Source: an uncultured bacterium (GTDB lineage: Bacteria; Cyanobacteriota; Vampirovibrionia; Gastranaerophilales; Gastranaerophilaceae). Taken from it: a stretch of DNA of 64,000 nt. This document shows, in pieces, positions 27,393 to 36,352 of this stretch. Below the pieces are notes generated by a model. The model saw only the letters and a list, made by a program, of their open reading frames with translations, was not told where the DNA came from and made no database searches. Both the position numbers and the translations under genes were made by a program. How positions within the stretch are numbered: position 1 is the first letter of the stretch; the number at the start of each line of letters is the position of its first letter. The stretch lies in the NCBI GenBank assembly GCA_949035555.1, contig CAROLD010000009.1:2993-66992 (forward strand). The letters run 5' to 3'.

Positions 27393-28483
27393 TGAAGAAT
27401 AAATACTGGATTGCTTTTTCATCAATCGAGCAAATAGACAGCAGATTTATTTTAAGATTATATAACTATTTTGGAGACATTGAGAAAGCTTTTAACTGTT
27501 CGCTAAATGAATTAAAAAACATCGACGGACTCAGTGTGAAAAAGGCTGAAAATTTTATCAAATATCGTGATAAAGTTGATATTGACCGTACGTTTACGGA
27601 AGTTGAAACACGCGGGATAAATTTTCTTACTCTTGAAGACGAAAACTATCCGAGAATGTTGAAAAACATTGAAAATCCGCCGGCTGTTTTATATTATAAA
27701 GGCAAACTTTTTGAATGTAATCTTGATAAAACACTCGCTGTTGTCGGCTCAAGAAAAGCCAGTATGCATGCAAAAGATAATTTAAAGAAAATTATCAGAG
27801 ATTTGAGCGGAACAGATATTTGTATAGTGTCAGGTTTAGCGTCCGGAATTGATACTGTTGCACATACAGCTTCAATAGAAAATAATATTAAAACAATCGG
27901 AGTTATCGCAAGCGGTTTTGATTTTACATATCCTGCGAGTAACAAAACTCTTTATCATAACATTGAAAACGGTTACGGAGCAGTTTTATCGGAGTATTAT
28001 CCTACGTTTGAGCCTGTGAAATTCAGATTCCCGCAACGCAACAGAATTGTTTCGGGACTTTCTTACGGAACACTTGTTGCAGAAGCTTCCTTAAAAAGCG
28101 GTGCGTTAATTACTGCGAATTTAACCCTTGAGCAAGGAAGAGAGTTGATGTGTATTCCGGGTGAAATTTCAAACCCTAATACTCAGGGAATTTATAAACT
28201 TCTCAAAAACGGTGCAACACTTGTAACCGAAAGTGAAGATATTTTAAATGCTTTGAATTGGGAAATTAAAAAAGAAGTCGAAACCCGTCAGCAGTTAACT
28301 CTTCCGATGTTGACTCCTGATGAAGAAAAAATTTATAATAATATAGAAATAGAAGAAAAAGGTGTAGATGAACTTTTGTCGCTGACAGGTTTAAAGTTGG
28401 ATGATTTGCTTATGAACTTGACAACGATGGAGCTTAAGGGCATAATAAAACAATGTAACGGGGATAGATACATAAAGGTATAA
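27392..28483 (+). CDS. dprA: DNA-processing protein DprA (Smf)
   Basis: Rossmann-like core text: LAVVGSRKAS, SGLASGIDTVAHTASI, FPQRNRIVSGLS and LITANLTLEQGRELMCIPG. Confidence 0.9.
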   Translation: MKNKYWIAFSSIEQIDSRFILRLYNYFGDIEKAFNCSLNELKNIDGLSVKKAENFIKYRDKVDIDRTFTEVETRGINFLTLEDENYPRMLKNIENPPAVLYYKGKLFECNLDKTLAVVGSRKASMHAKDNLKKIIRDLSGTDICIVSGLASGIDTVAHTASIENNIKTIGVIASGFDFTYPASNKTLYHNIENGYGAVLSEYYPTFEPVKFRFPQRNRIVSGLSYGTLVAEASLKSGALITANLTLEQGRELMCIPGEISNPNTQGIYKLLKNGATLVTESEDILNALNWEIKKEVETRQQLTLPMLTPDEEKIYNNIEIEEKGVDELLSLTGLKLDDLLMNLTTMELKGIIKQCNGDRYIKV

Positions 28484-28492
28484 GAAATAGAA

Positions 28493-30808
28493 ATGGCAGA
28501 AACGAAGAGTAAAGCAAAAGAGAAATCATTAGTTATAGTTGAGTCGCCTGCAAAATCAAAAACAATCAAAAAAATTCTTGGCGACGCATATCAAATCGAG
28601 GCGAGCTACGGGCATGTCCGTAATTTGCCGACCAAAGATTCATCAACAGACAATCTGGGTTTTGACGTAAACAATAACTTTACTCCAAAATTTGAGGTAA
28701 TCCCGGGCAAACAACAGGTTGTAAAAAAACTGAATGATTTAGCCAAAAAAGTTGACAAAATTTATCTTGCATCCGACCCCGATCGTGAGGGAGAAGCTAT
28801 TGCATGGCACGTAAGACAAATTCTGAAAGTGCCTGATGAAAAGATTTATAGAATTGTGTTTAACGAAATTACACCAAAAGCCGTAAAACACTCAGTAGAA
28901 AACCCTAGAACTATAGATATGGATATGGTTCAGGCACAACAAACAAGACAAATTTTGGACAAGCTTGTAGGTTTTAAATTAAGTCCTGTATTGTGGAAAC
29001 AAATCGGAAACAGAAACCTTTCAGCCGGGCGAGTTCAATCTGTTGCACTTCGTATGATTTGCGAAAGAGAAGAAGAGATTGAAAAATTTATCCCGCAGGA
29101 ATACTGGTCAATCCACGCAAATCTTGATAAAGACGGAAAAGTTTTTGAAGCCGAATTGTCAAAAATTAAAGGAAAGTCTATTGAAAAAACTATTAAAAAT
29201 AAAGACGAAGCACAAAAAATTGTAGACTATTTGACAAATCCGACTTCAGAATTTGAGGTTGCAAAAGTCACTAAAAAGACAATTAAACGTAAACCTACTG
29301 CGCCATTTATAACTTCAACAATGCAGCGTGCCGCATCTTCAAAACTTGGTTTTGGAGTTTCAAAAACTATGCAGGTTGCCCAAAAACTCTATGAAGGGGT
29401 TGAAATTGACGGCAATCCTGTCGGTTTGATTACCTATATGAGAACCGACTCTGTCAGAATTTCAGATGATGCTCAAAATATGGCTCAAGATTTTATTTTG
29501 CAGAATTATGGTGAAAAATATTACCCTGAAAAGCCTAATATTTATGTAAAAGGTAAACAAAATGTTCAGGACGCGCACGAAGCTATCCGTCCTTCTTACC
29601 CTGAACGCACTCCTGAAAGTTTAAAAAAATATCTGGATAACGATCAGTACAAATTATATAAACTTATCTGGGAAAAATTTATGTCATCTCAAATGGCTCC
29701 TGCTGAAGTTGCGAATAAATCAATTGAAATAAATTCAGGCGATTATACACTGAAGGCGGGCACAAGCAAGATTATGTTTGACGGATTCTTGACACTTTAT
29801 AATGATGCCGAAGAAGACGAAAAAGAATCTGATGCAAAAATCCCTGACTTAGAAAAAGGAGACAAAGTTCAATGTAAAAAAGTTGAACCGAAACAACACT
29901 TCACTCAGCCTCCTCCAAGATATAACGAAGCATCTTTGGTAAAAGCTCTGGAAGAACACGGTATCGGTCGTCCGTCAACTTACGCAACGATTATTACAGT
30001 AATTCAAACCCGTAAATACGTCGAGAAAAAGGATAAAGCTCTTCATCCGACCCTTCTCGGACGTACGGTTTCAAAACAGCTTGTTTCACAGTTTTCGGAT
30101 ATCATGGACTATAAATTTACTGCAGGAATGGAAGAGAAACTTGATAAAATTGCCGAAAAAGAAGCTGTTTGGGTAAAAGTTCTGGAAGATTTTTACGCCC
30201 CTTTTATGGCGGAAGTTAACTCTGTAATGAAAACCGCAGAACGCGTTACAATCGAGACAAAAGTTAAATGTCCGAATTGCGGTAAACCAATGGTTTTAAG
30301 AACAAGCAAAAAAGGAACACAATTCTTGGGATGTTCAGGTTATCCTGACTGTAAAACCGCAATGTCTCTGAACGTTATGCAGGAGCTTGAAGGCGAGAAT
30401 GAGGATAGCACAGCGGAAAAACCGCAGGAAATATGCGAAGAAAAATGCGAGAAATGCGGTTCTGATATGACTTTCAAAATCGGTCCTTACGGAAAGTATA
30501 TGGAATGTATAAATGCTGAATGCAAACACCGCAAACCGTTTAGAAAATCAACAGGTGTAACCTGCCCGAAATGCGGCAAAGGAACTATCGTTGAACGTAA
30601 ATCAAAACGCGGAACAGTATTTTTTGGATGTGATAAGTATCCTGAATGTGATTTTGTCCTCTGGAATGAACCGACAGGCGAAACTTGCCCTGAATGCGGC
30701 AGTCTTCTTGTTAAAAAAGTTTTGAAAAAAGGTACTGTTGTAGCTTGCTCAAGTATGAAATGCGGGTACAAAAAAGAACAGGAAGAAACTGAAACTCAAG
30801 AAACATAA
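28493..30808 (+). CDS. topA: DNA topoisomerase I with multiple C-terminal Cys4 zinc ribbons
   Basis: It has the Toprim motif LVIVESPAKSKTIKKILG and DPDREGEAIAWH. The active-site region is ITYMRTDS. Zinc ribbons CPNCG...C, CEKCG...C, CPKCG...C and CPECG...C follow. Confidence 0.95.
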   Translation: MAETKSKAKEKSLVIVESPAKSKTIKKILGDAYQIEASYGHVRNLPTKDSSTDNLGFDVNNNFTPKFEVIPGKQQVVKKLNDLAKKVDKIYLASDPDREGEAIAWHVRQILKVPDEKIYRIVFNEITPKAVKHSVENPRTIDMDMVQAQQTRQILDKLVGFKLSPVLWKQIGNRNLSAGRVQSVALRMICEREEEIEKFIPQEYWSIHANLDKDGKVFEAELSKIKGKSIEKTIKNKDEAQKIVDYLTNPTSEFEVAKVTKKTIKRKPTAPFITSTMQRAASSKLGFGVSKTMQVAQKLYEGVEIDGNPVGLITYMRTDSVRISDDAQNMAQDFILQNYGEKYYPEKPNIYVKGKQNVQDAHEAIRPSYPERTPESLKKYLDNDQYKLYKLIWEKFMSSQMAPAEVANKSIEINSGDYTLKAGTSKIMFDGFLTLYNDAEEDEKESDAKIPDLEKGDKVQCKKVEPKQHFTQPPPRYNEASLVKALEEHGIGRPSTYATIITVIQTRKYVEKKDKALHPTLLGRTVSKQLVSQFSDIMDYKFTAGMEEKLDKIAEKEAVWVKVLEDFYAPFMAEVNSVMKTAERVTIETKVKCPNCGKPMVLRTSKKGTQFLGCSGYPDCKTAMSLNVMQELEGENEDSTAEKPQEICEEKCEKCGSDMTFKIGPYGKYMECINAECKHRKPFRKSTGVTCPKCGKGTIVERKSKRGTVFFGCDKYPECDFVLWNEPTGETCPECGSLLVKKVLKKGTVVACSSMKCGYKKEQEETETQET

Positions 30809-30819
30809 GGAGTTTAATT

Positions 30820-32043
30820 ATGGCTGTAGATAAGATGTTACTGCTTGAACGCTATAAGAAGCTTAAAGCTGAAGGCGTTAGTATTACTCTTATGGAGTTG
30901 AAGAAACAAATGGAAGCAGAAGAACAACAGCCTGTCGAGTCTGTTTCCGTTGAACAGGAACAAGCGATTGAACAGTCTGTTTTTGCAGATGTCTCATCTG
31001 AAATGCCGAAAGCTCAAGAGTTGCCTTCTTCTCAGGAGTTTCAGCCACAAATGCAATGGCAGACAACATATGCACAATCATATAATCCTTCGCAGGTTGA
31101 GCAAACTCCGCCAACCTCAGGCTATACACCTGTCGAACAACCGCAGGCTAAATATTGTGGCAATGTTTCAAAGATTCGGAATGAACAGTCTAATTTAGAA
31201 AAATTGAAGTTTGGATTGATAGGATATCCTCTCGGGCATTCGCTTTCAAGTTATATCCATGATGCCGGTTTTAATAGTTTAGGGCTTAGTGCGTCTTATG
31301 AAATTCTGGAAACCCCGCCAGACAAACTTGTTGATAGGATAAAATTTTTGAAATTTAACAACTACAGTGGATTCAATGTTACAATTCCTTTGAAACTGCC
31401 TGTTACAATGTTTTTAGATGCTGTTGATGCTTCGGCAGATATTGTGAATGCTGTTAATACTGTCGTCATAGACCCGCAAACCCGTGAAATGAAAGGGTAT
31501 AACACTGATGTTATCGGGTTTAGAAACGCAATTCCTGAAGATGTAACACTTTTTGGTAAAGTTGCAGGTGTTCTCGGCACAGGCGGAGCTGCGCGAGCTG
31601 CGATTACAGCTTTGGCGCAAAGTCAGGTTAAAGAAATTAAATTATATACTCGTAATATTCCTAACTCTCTAGAGCTTTTGAATTACCTGAGAAAAACTTT
31701 TCCGTCTGTTGAATTTAATGCATATCAAATTGAGCGAATACGTGATTTATCTGATGTAAATATTCTGGTTAACACTACGCCAATCGGAATGCAAGGAAGA
31801 GCAGCTGATATGACTCCTGTAGAAGAAAATGAATTAAGAACATTGCCGGAAGGTGCCGTTGTTTATGATGTAATCTATAATCCTAAAAAGACAGTCCTTT
31901 TAAAACTTGCTCAAAAAAATGGATACAGAACAATCAACGGTGTTGATATGTTTATTCATCAGGCATTAGCGGCTGAAAAAATTTGGACTGGCAGAACGCC
32001 AGATTTTAAGGATATGAAAATCGCCGCACTTGAAAATTTATAA
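30820..32043 (+). CDS. aroE: Shikimate dehydrogenase with a low-complexity N-terminal extension of about 125 aa
   Basis: The core is FGLIGYPLGHSLSSYIHDAGF...YNTDVIGF...GTGGAARAA. A strong AAGGAG 8 nt upstream of ATG 30820 supports the long form. Confidence 0.85.
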   Translation: MAVDKMLLLERYKKLKAEGVSITLMELKKQMEAEEQQPVESVSVEQEQAIEQSVFADVSSEMPKAQELPSSQEFQPQMQWQTTYAQSYNPSQVEQTPPTSGYTPVEQPQAKYCGNVSKIRNEQSNLEKLKFGLIGYPLGHSLSSYIHDAGFNSLGLSASYEILETPPDKLVDRIKFLKFNNYSGFNVTIPLKLPVTMFLDAVDASADIVNAVNTVVIDPQTREMKGYNTDVIGFRNAIPEDVTLFGKVAGVLGTGGAARAAITALAQSQVKEIKLYTRNIPNSLELLNYLRKTFPSVEFNAYQIERIRDLSDVNILVNTTPIGMQGRAADMTPVEENELRTLPEGAVVYDVIYNPKKTVLLKLAQKNGYRTINGVDMFIHQALAAEKIWTGRTPDFKDMKIAALENL

Positions 32044-32050
32044 GAAATTC

Positions 32051-32078
32051 AAAAGGCGCCGCATACGCGGCGCCTTTT
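32051..32078. terminator. Bidirectional intrinsic terminator
   Basis: Stem GGCGCCGC (32055-32062) pairs with GCGGCGCC (32067-32074). It is flanked by A4 and T4 and lies between convergent aroE and a ytxH-like gene. Confidence 0.8.
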
Positions 32079-32101
32079 GTTAAGTCTGTTCAAGATGTGA
32101 T

Positions 32102-32431
32102 TTATTCATCATCATCTTCGTCATCTTCATTTTTTTTAGATTTTTTTTCGTCTTCTTCGTTTGATTCTTCTTTTGAATCTTTTTGTTTAGCCATCAAATC
32201 TTGAATTTTTACTTTGATTTCATCGCCTTTTTTTTGAAGTTCAGAAACTGCGTCGTCCGCTTTTGATTGGATTTGTTTTGCTGTTTCATCTGCTCTTCTT
32301 GCGACATCTTGAGCAGATTCAGCTAACAATCTTCTGGTTTCTTCGCCTGATTTTGGAGCTAATAAGATACCTGCGATAGCACCAATAGCGCCGCCAACTA
32401 CAAAACCTGCTATAAATCTGGATACTGACAT
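32102..32431 (-). CDS. YtxH-domain protein with an acidic/lysine-rich tail
   Basis: The N-terminus GFVVGGAIGAIAGILLAPKSGEETRRLL is the YtxH signature. The rest is a coiled-coil ending in DDEDDDE. Confidence 0.75.
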   Translation of the reverse strand: MSVSRFIAGFVVGGAIGAIAGILLAPKSGEETRRLLAESAQDVARRADETAKQIQSKADDAVSELQKKGDEIKVKIQDLMAKQKDSKEESNEEDEKKSKKNEDDEDDDE

Positions 32432-32501
32432 ATTTTAATTCTCCTTTTGTTCTTACATATTATAAATCTGTTTAGTCGGGTTAACATTGCCCGAAAGTTT
32501 A

Positions 32502-32870
32502 CTATTTTCTTTTGTTAAAGAAAGAGTAAACACTCATAAATCCTTTTAAAAAACCGCCGAAAATGCTTTCAGAAAAAGTTTTTGTTTTAGTGAGAGCATT
32601 TTCAAGACTTAATTTAACATTACCAACGCCTTCATCTGTACTTTGTACAAGTGAATTGATTGAGTGAATTGTTTCGTTTAACTCTTTCAATGTAGGTTTA
32701 AGTTCTGTGTTTATAAGAATTGATGATTCGTTCAGATTTTTTGATAATTCAGATAAATCTTTCAATAATTTCACTAGAAAAACTGCAATTACAATAACTA
32801 CAATCCCTGTAGCTACTGCGAGAAAAGTTAAACCGTGATTTAGAATTACCTGTGAAAGTTCAATATTCAT
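32502..32870 (-). CDS. DUF948-like membrane-anchored coiled-coil protein
   Basis: A single N-terminal TM helix (LTFLAVATGIVVIVIAVFLV) is followed by LLKDLSELSKNLNESSILINTELKPTLKELNETIHSIN, which resembles the DUF948/YtxG pattern as I remember it. Confidence 0.55.
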   Translation of the reverse strand: MNIELSQVILNHGLTFLAVATGIVVIVIAVFLVKLLKDLSELSKNLNESSILINTELKPTLKELNETIHSINSLVQSTDEGVGNVKLSLENALTKTKTFSESIFGGFLKGFMSVYSFFNKRK

Positions 32871-32897
32871 CTTTGTGTCCCTTTATTTTAATTATAA

Positions 32898-33224
32898 TTA
32901 GTAATCAAATTCGTTGTCACTTGAGTGATTTTCAATATCTTCAAGCGCTTTAGCTTTTAGCATTTTTTTTGATTTTACGGAATTACTCAATTTTCTAATT
33001 TGTCTTTCAAGTTTATATTTCATCAAATCAACGGATTCAAGAGCTTGTTTTTTAGCTTCAGTAATTTGCGGTGCGTGTTTTTCGTAAAGGTCGCAAGCTG
33101 CATCTTTTAGTTCTTTTCTGGATTCTTCACCCGGCTTTGGAGCAAAAAGAACACCTGCAACTATACCTCCGATGACACCTGCTATTACGCCCATTGAAAA
33201 CATAAATGTTTTGTTTTTACTCAT
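32898..33224 (-). CDS. YtxH-domain protein (second copy)
   Basis: GVIAGVIGGIVAGVLFAPKPGEESRKELKD is the YtxH signature. Confidence 0.75.
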   Translation of the reverse strand: MSKNKTFMFSMGVIAGVIGGIVAGVLFAPKPGEESRKELKDAACDLYEKHAPQITEAKKQALESVDLMKYKLERQIRKLSNSVKSKKMLKAKALEDIENHSSDNEFDY

Positions 33225-33257
33225 AGTTGTAAACCTCGTCTTTCAAATTTCTTCATA

Positions 33258-33286
33258 ATTGTAACATATTTTTTAGCTAATTTCAA
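33258..33286 (-). promoter_or_regulatory. Sigma70-type promoter for the ytxH/DUF948 cluster
   Basis: On the minus strand: TTGAAA (33286-33281), a 17-nt spacer, then TACAAT (33263-33258) preceded by a TGT extended -10. Confidence 0.45.
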
Positions 33287-33335
33287 GTGAATACATGCTA
33301 ATTCCGGCAGGTAAAACTGTTTAATAGCTATTTTA

Positions 33336-33364
33336 TTGCAAAACCTTCAAAATATTGTTATAAT
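33336..33364 (+). promoter_or_regulatory. Near-consensus sigma70 promoter for the pilin-like gene
   Basis: TTGCAA (33336-33341), a 17-nt spacer, then TATAAT (33359-33364) preceded by TGT (extended -10). It lies about 45 nt upstream of the GTG start. Confidence 0.5.
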
Positions 33365-33408
33365 TATAATATGGATATGATTGAGGGAATAAAAGGAGTT
33401 TTGATATA

Positions 33409-34530
33409 GTGATTAAAAGAACAAAAGAAGCGTTTACTCTTACAGAGGTTTTACTTGCTGTAGCCATTGTCGGCATAATTGCGGCACTGGTGTTGCCGGT
33501 AATTATTACAAAATATCAGGAAAATGTTATGGAGTATATGGCAAAAAGACAAATTCAGTCAATAACATCAGCTTTAGAGTCATTAGCTATAACTGAAAAT
33601 AAGTCTCGATTTGGCGAAACTACAATGGGGCAAGGTATAAATGATGATGATCATACTGGAAAATTCTTAAAGAAAAATCTATTAGTTGCTAATTATATAG
33701 GTGAATTTTCATCTCCAACTATATCAGAGGCTTTTGCTGATGAGTACTATAAATATGAAGAAAAGGACGGCAGCCATAAAAGAACGAAAGTTACACGTGC
33801 ACAGCTTGATTTAAAAGGCTCTTGCGCGCAGCTAAAAAATGGTATCAGTATTTGTATAACTTCGCAATTTGGCGGTGTTCCAACTAAAGTTATTATGGAT
33901 CTAAACGGGCTTAAAGGGCCAAATATTATTGGAAGAGACCTTATAGAATGGACCAATTTACCTGCTATTAATGACTATGCTCCTGATAGATCCAGCGGAG
34001 CGCACCCTATTATTGCAGAAAATGAAAGTCCTATCACACCTATACAAGCTCCGGAATGTACATCTATAACTTCCGATGCTTCTACAGGATGCTGTAAATG
34101 GAAAAGAGAACACGGTATGATTACCGGTAAAAGTGATGTCTGCTGCGGGAATTCGGCAATTAGCGGTACTCTTTCAGCTTGTGCTGATAAAGTCGAAGTA
34201 CATTTGAATTATTACCCAACTTCCTTAACTTCTGCAACAAGACCTTGGACTAAATCTAGCACTACATTTTACCTCAAACCTGCGATTGCGGTTGATACAT
34301 TCCCCGCAGAGTTAGGTGTTAAAATCAGATGCTCTGATGGAACATATCAGGGAGGCGTTTTGTCAGGTACTACAATAAAATCAGCGCTAAAATCCAATTC
34401 TGATGCACATTGGCCTGGTACCATTAATAAAAATAGCTGTGTTTATCCTAATGAAAAGCTTTTATGGGATAATAACGGCTCCACAAAATATACTGTAAGT
34501 GGTGTTACTTATGAATTACACCAACACTAA
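33409..34530 (+). CDS. Prepilin-type (type IV pilin / pseudopilin-like) protein with a large Cys-rich C-terminal domain
   Basis: The class III signal is MIKRTKEA/FTLTEVLLAVAIVGIIAALVLP with Glu at +5. The pilin-like globular motif is DLNGLKGPNIIGRDLIEW. The C-terminal ~180 aa carry 10 further Cys, including CC pairs. Confidence 0.75.
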   Translation: MIKRTKEAFTLTEVLLAVAIVGIIAALVLPVIITKYQENVMEYMAKRQIQSITSALESLAITENKSRFGETTMGQGINDDDHTGKFLKKNLLVANYIGEFSSPTISEAFADEYYKYEEKDGSHKRTKVTRAQLDLKGSCAQLKNGISICITSQFGGVPTKVIMDLNGLKGPNIIGRDLIEWTNLPAINDYAPDRSSGAHPIIAENESPITPIQAPECTSITSDASTGCCKWKREHGMITGKSDVCCGNSAISGTLSACADKVEVHLNYYPTSLTSATRPWTKSSTTFYLKPAIAVDTFPAELGVKIRCSDGTYQGGVLSGTTIKSALKSNSDAHWPGTINKNSCVYPNEKLLWDNNGSTKYTVSGVTYELHQH

Positions 34531-34531
34531 T

Positions 34532-34567
34532 AAAAAAAATCCCTGTGTAAAACAGGGATTTTTTTTA
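34532..34567. terminator. Bidirectional intrinsic terminator
   Basis: An A8 run is followed by stem AATCCCTGT (34538-34546) pairing with ACAGGGATT (34552-34560), then a T run (34559-34566). Confidence 0.8.
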
Positions 34568-34918
34568 TTTTTTTAATAGTCTTTTTAGTGTGAATATTAT
34601 GTCAACTGCCATAAAAATTTTTTTCCAATCATTTGTAAGGATAAAATTAGCTATAGTTGTCAAAAGCGCAGGAGACAAGAATTTTTTGTAATCTTCTTTC
34701 TTTCTGTCAACGAAAAGTCCAAAGTCTTTCAGCTTCTTCAATATAGAACCGAAAGCTGTACGTATATCTGTAATTCTGCTCGCAATTATTGAACGATTGT
34801 CAGTGACAGCTTGAGATAGTTCGTAAACGGATTTTCTCGCTTTTTGTATCAGGCAAATCAATTCAATTGCGATTATTAATTCTGCTATAAAAATTATTGT
34901 AAAAAATACGACTAACAT
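34565..34918 (-). CDS. Hypothetical small membrane protein
   Basis: 117-aa ORF with an N-terminal TM helix (MLVVFFTIIFIAELIIAIELICLI) and a second hydrophobic segment near the C-terminus. No family recognised. Confidence 0.5.
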   Translation of the reverse strand: MLVVFFTIIFIAELIIAIELICLIQKARKSVYELSQAVTDNRSIIASRITDIRTAFGSILKKLKDFGLFVDRKKEDYKKFLSPALLTTIANFILTNDWKKIFMAVDIIFTLKRLLKK

Positions 34919-35004
34919 CTTTCAACTTTTCTTACTTTTGTATTATATTAAACTTATAATATATTATTAACATATTTTTGGGAATACGTCTAGAGGACTA
35001 TTTT

Positions 35005-36339
35005 ATGGGAAGAGTAAAATTTTATACAGCATTAATACTTGCAAGACTGGCTTATGTTGCTATCCGTTTGTTGAACCGTTCTTCAGGTACCTCTTTTGTC
35101 GGAATGCTCACTTTAAAAATTTGCCCGGATTTTCTTTCTTATTGCCAAAAATATGTTAATAAATCCGTGACAGTTACTGGAACAAACGGTAAAACCACCA
35201 CTTCAGGGCTTCTTGCTTATATTCTGGAAGAAGCTAAGGCTGATGTTTTGCACAACTTGAAAGGTGCAAATATGCTTACAGGCATAGCAAATGCTTTTGC
35301 GCTGAATTTGAATCTTTTCAAGAAGTTTGATTATGCTGTTTTAGAAGCAGATGAAGCATATTTAACAAAGCTGTATGATTATTTCAAAGCGGATTCTCTT
35401 CTTGTCACAAACCTTTTTCGCGACCAACTGGACAGATATGGCGAACTTTCGACAACTGCAAGGTTTATACAAAATGCAATTGATAAAAATGAAAATTTGT
35501 CGCTGGTTTTGAACGCTGATGACCCGCTGGTTACAAATTTCGGCAAAAATAGAAGTGCAAAGTATTACGGGTTTGAAGAGGTTGAATTCTGTTCTGATAT
35601 TCATAATTCATCCTCAAATGCTCCGACCGAAGTATTTAACTGTGTTTGCGGAGTGCCGCTGAAATATACAAAGCAGTTTTTTGCGCAGGAAGGACATTAC
35701 TTTTGCGAACTCTGCGGTTATAAACGCCCTGAATTAGATTTTAAAGGGTATGTGAAAATTTTTGGTGACTATTCGGAATTGAAAGTCTTATTTAACGGTA
35801 AATCGTATGATTTTCGTGTTAATCTTGTAGGTTTATACAATGCTTATAACGCTCTTGGTGCTGTTTCACAGGCACTTATGTTAGGAATTGATTATGAAGT
35901 TATTAAAAATGCTGTTTGTAATTACAAATCAATATTTGGCAGAGCCGAAAGACGTGTTATAAAAGGGCATGATACCTTAATTCAGCTTATCAAAAATCCG
36001 ACAGGTGCAAGCGAAGTTTTGAAAACCGTTGATTTGGCTTCAAATATTATTATTGCAATAAATGATAATTACGCTGACGGCAGAGATATTTCGTGGTTAT
36101 GGGATAGTGATTTTGAACGATTAAAAGATGCACAAAAACTTATAATCACATCCGGTAACCGAGCAAAAGATATGGCTGTTCGTCTGAAATATGCGGGAAT
36201 TCCTTCAAATCGTATTATTGTTGAAGAAGATTTGAGAAAAGCCGTTGAATTTGTAGCAAAATCTGATAATATAGAAGAAAGAATTACTATTTTGCCATCA
36301 TATACGGCACTATTAAAGTTAAGTAAAATGAAATTTTAG
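35005..36339 (+). CDS. murT: MurT-type Mur ligase family protein (lipid II isoglutaminyl synthase subunit-like)
   Basis: It has the ATP motif VTGTNGKTTT, the Cys4 ribbon CVCG...CELCG and a DUF1727-like C-terminus GRDISWLWDSDFE. AGAGGA precedes ATG 35005. Confidence 0.8.
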   Translation: MGRVKFYTALILARLAYVAIRLLNRSSGTSFVGMLTLKICPDFLSYCQKYVNKSVTVTGTNGKTTTSGLLAYILEEAKADVLHNLKGANMLTGIANAFALNLNLFKKFDYAVLEADEAYLTKLYDYFKADSLLVTNLFRDQLDRYGELSTTARFIQNAIDKNENLSLVLNADDPLVTNFGKNRSAKYYGFEEVEFCSDIHNSSSNAPTEVFNCVCGVPLKYTKQFFAQEGHYFCELCGYKRPELDFKGYVKIFGDYSELKVLFNGKSYDFRVNLVGLYNAYNALGAVSQALMLGIDYEVIKNAVCNYKSIFGRAERRVIKGHDTLIQLIKNPTGASEVLKTVDLASNIIIAINDNYADGRDISWLWDSDFERLKDAQKLIITSGNRAKDMAVRLKYAGIPSNRIIVEEDLRKAVEFVAKSDNIEERITILPSYTALLKLSKMKF

Positions 36340-36352
36340 AAAGGATAGAATT

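Noticed and set aside
27392-30808. dprA-topA as a competence or mobile island
   Set aside because: The dprA (smf)-topA pairing is a widespread conserved chromosomal arrangement. Here it is embedded in a long co-directional housekeeping operon.
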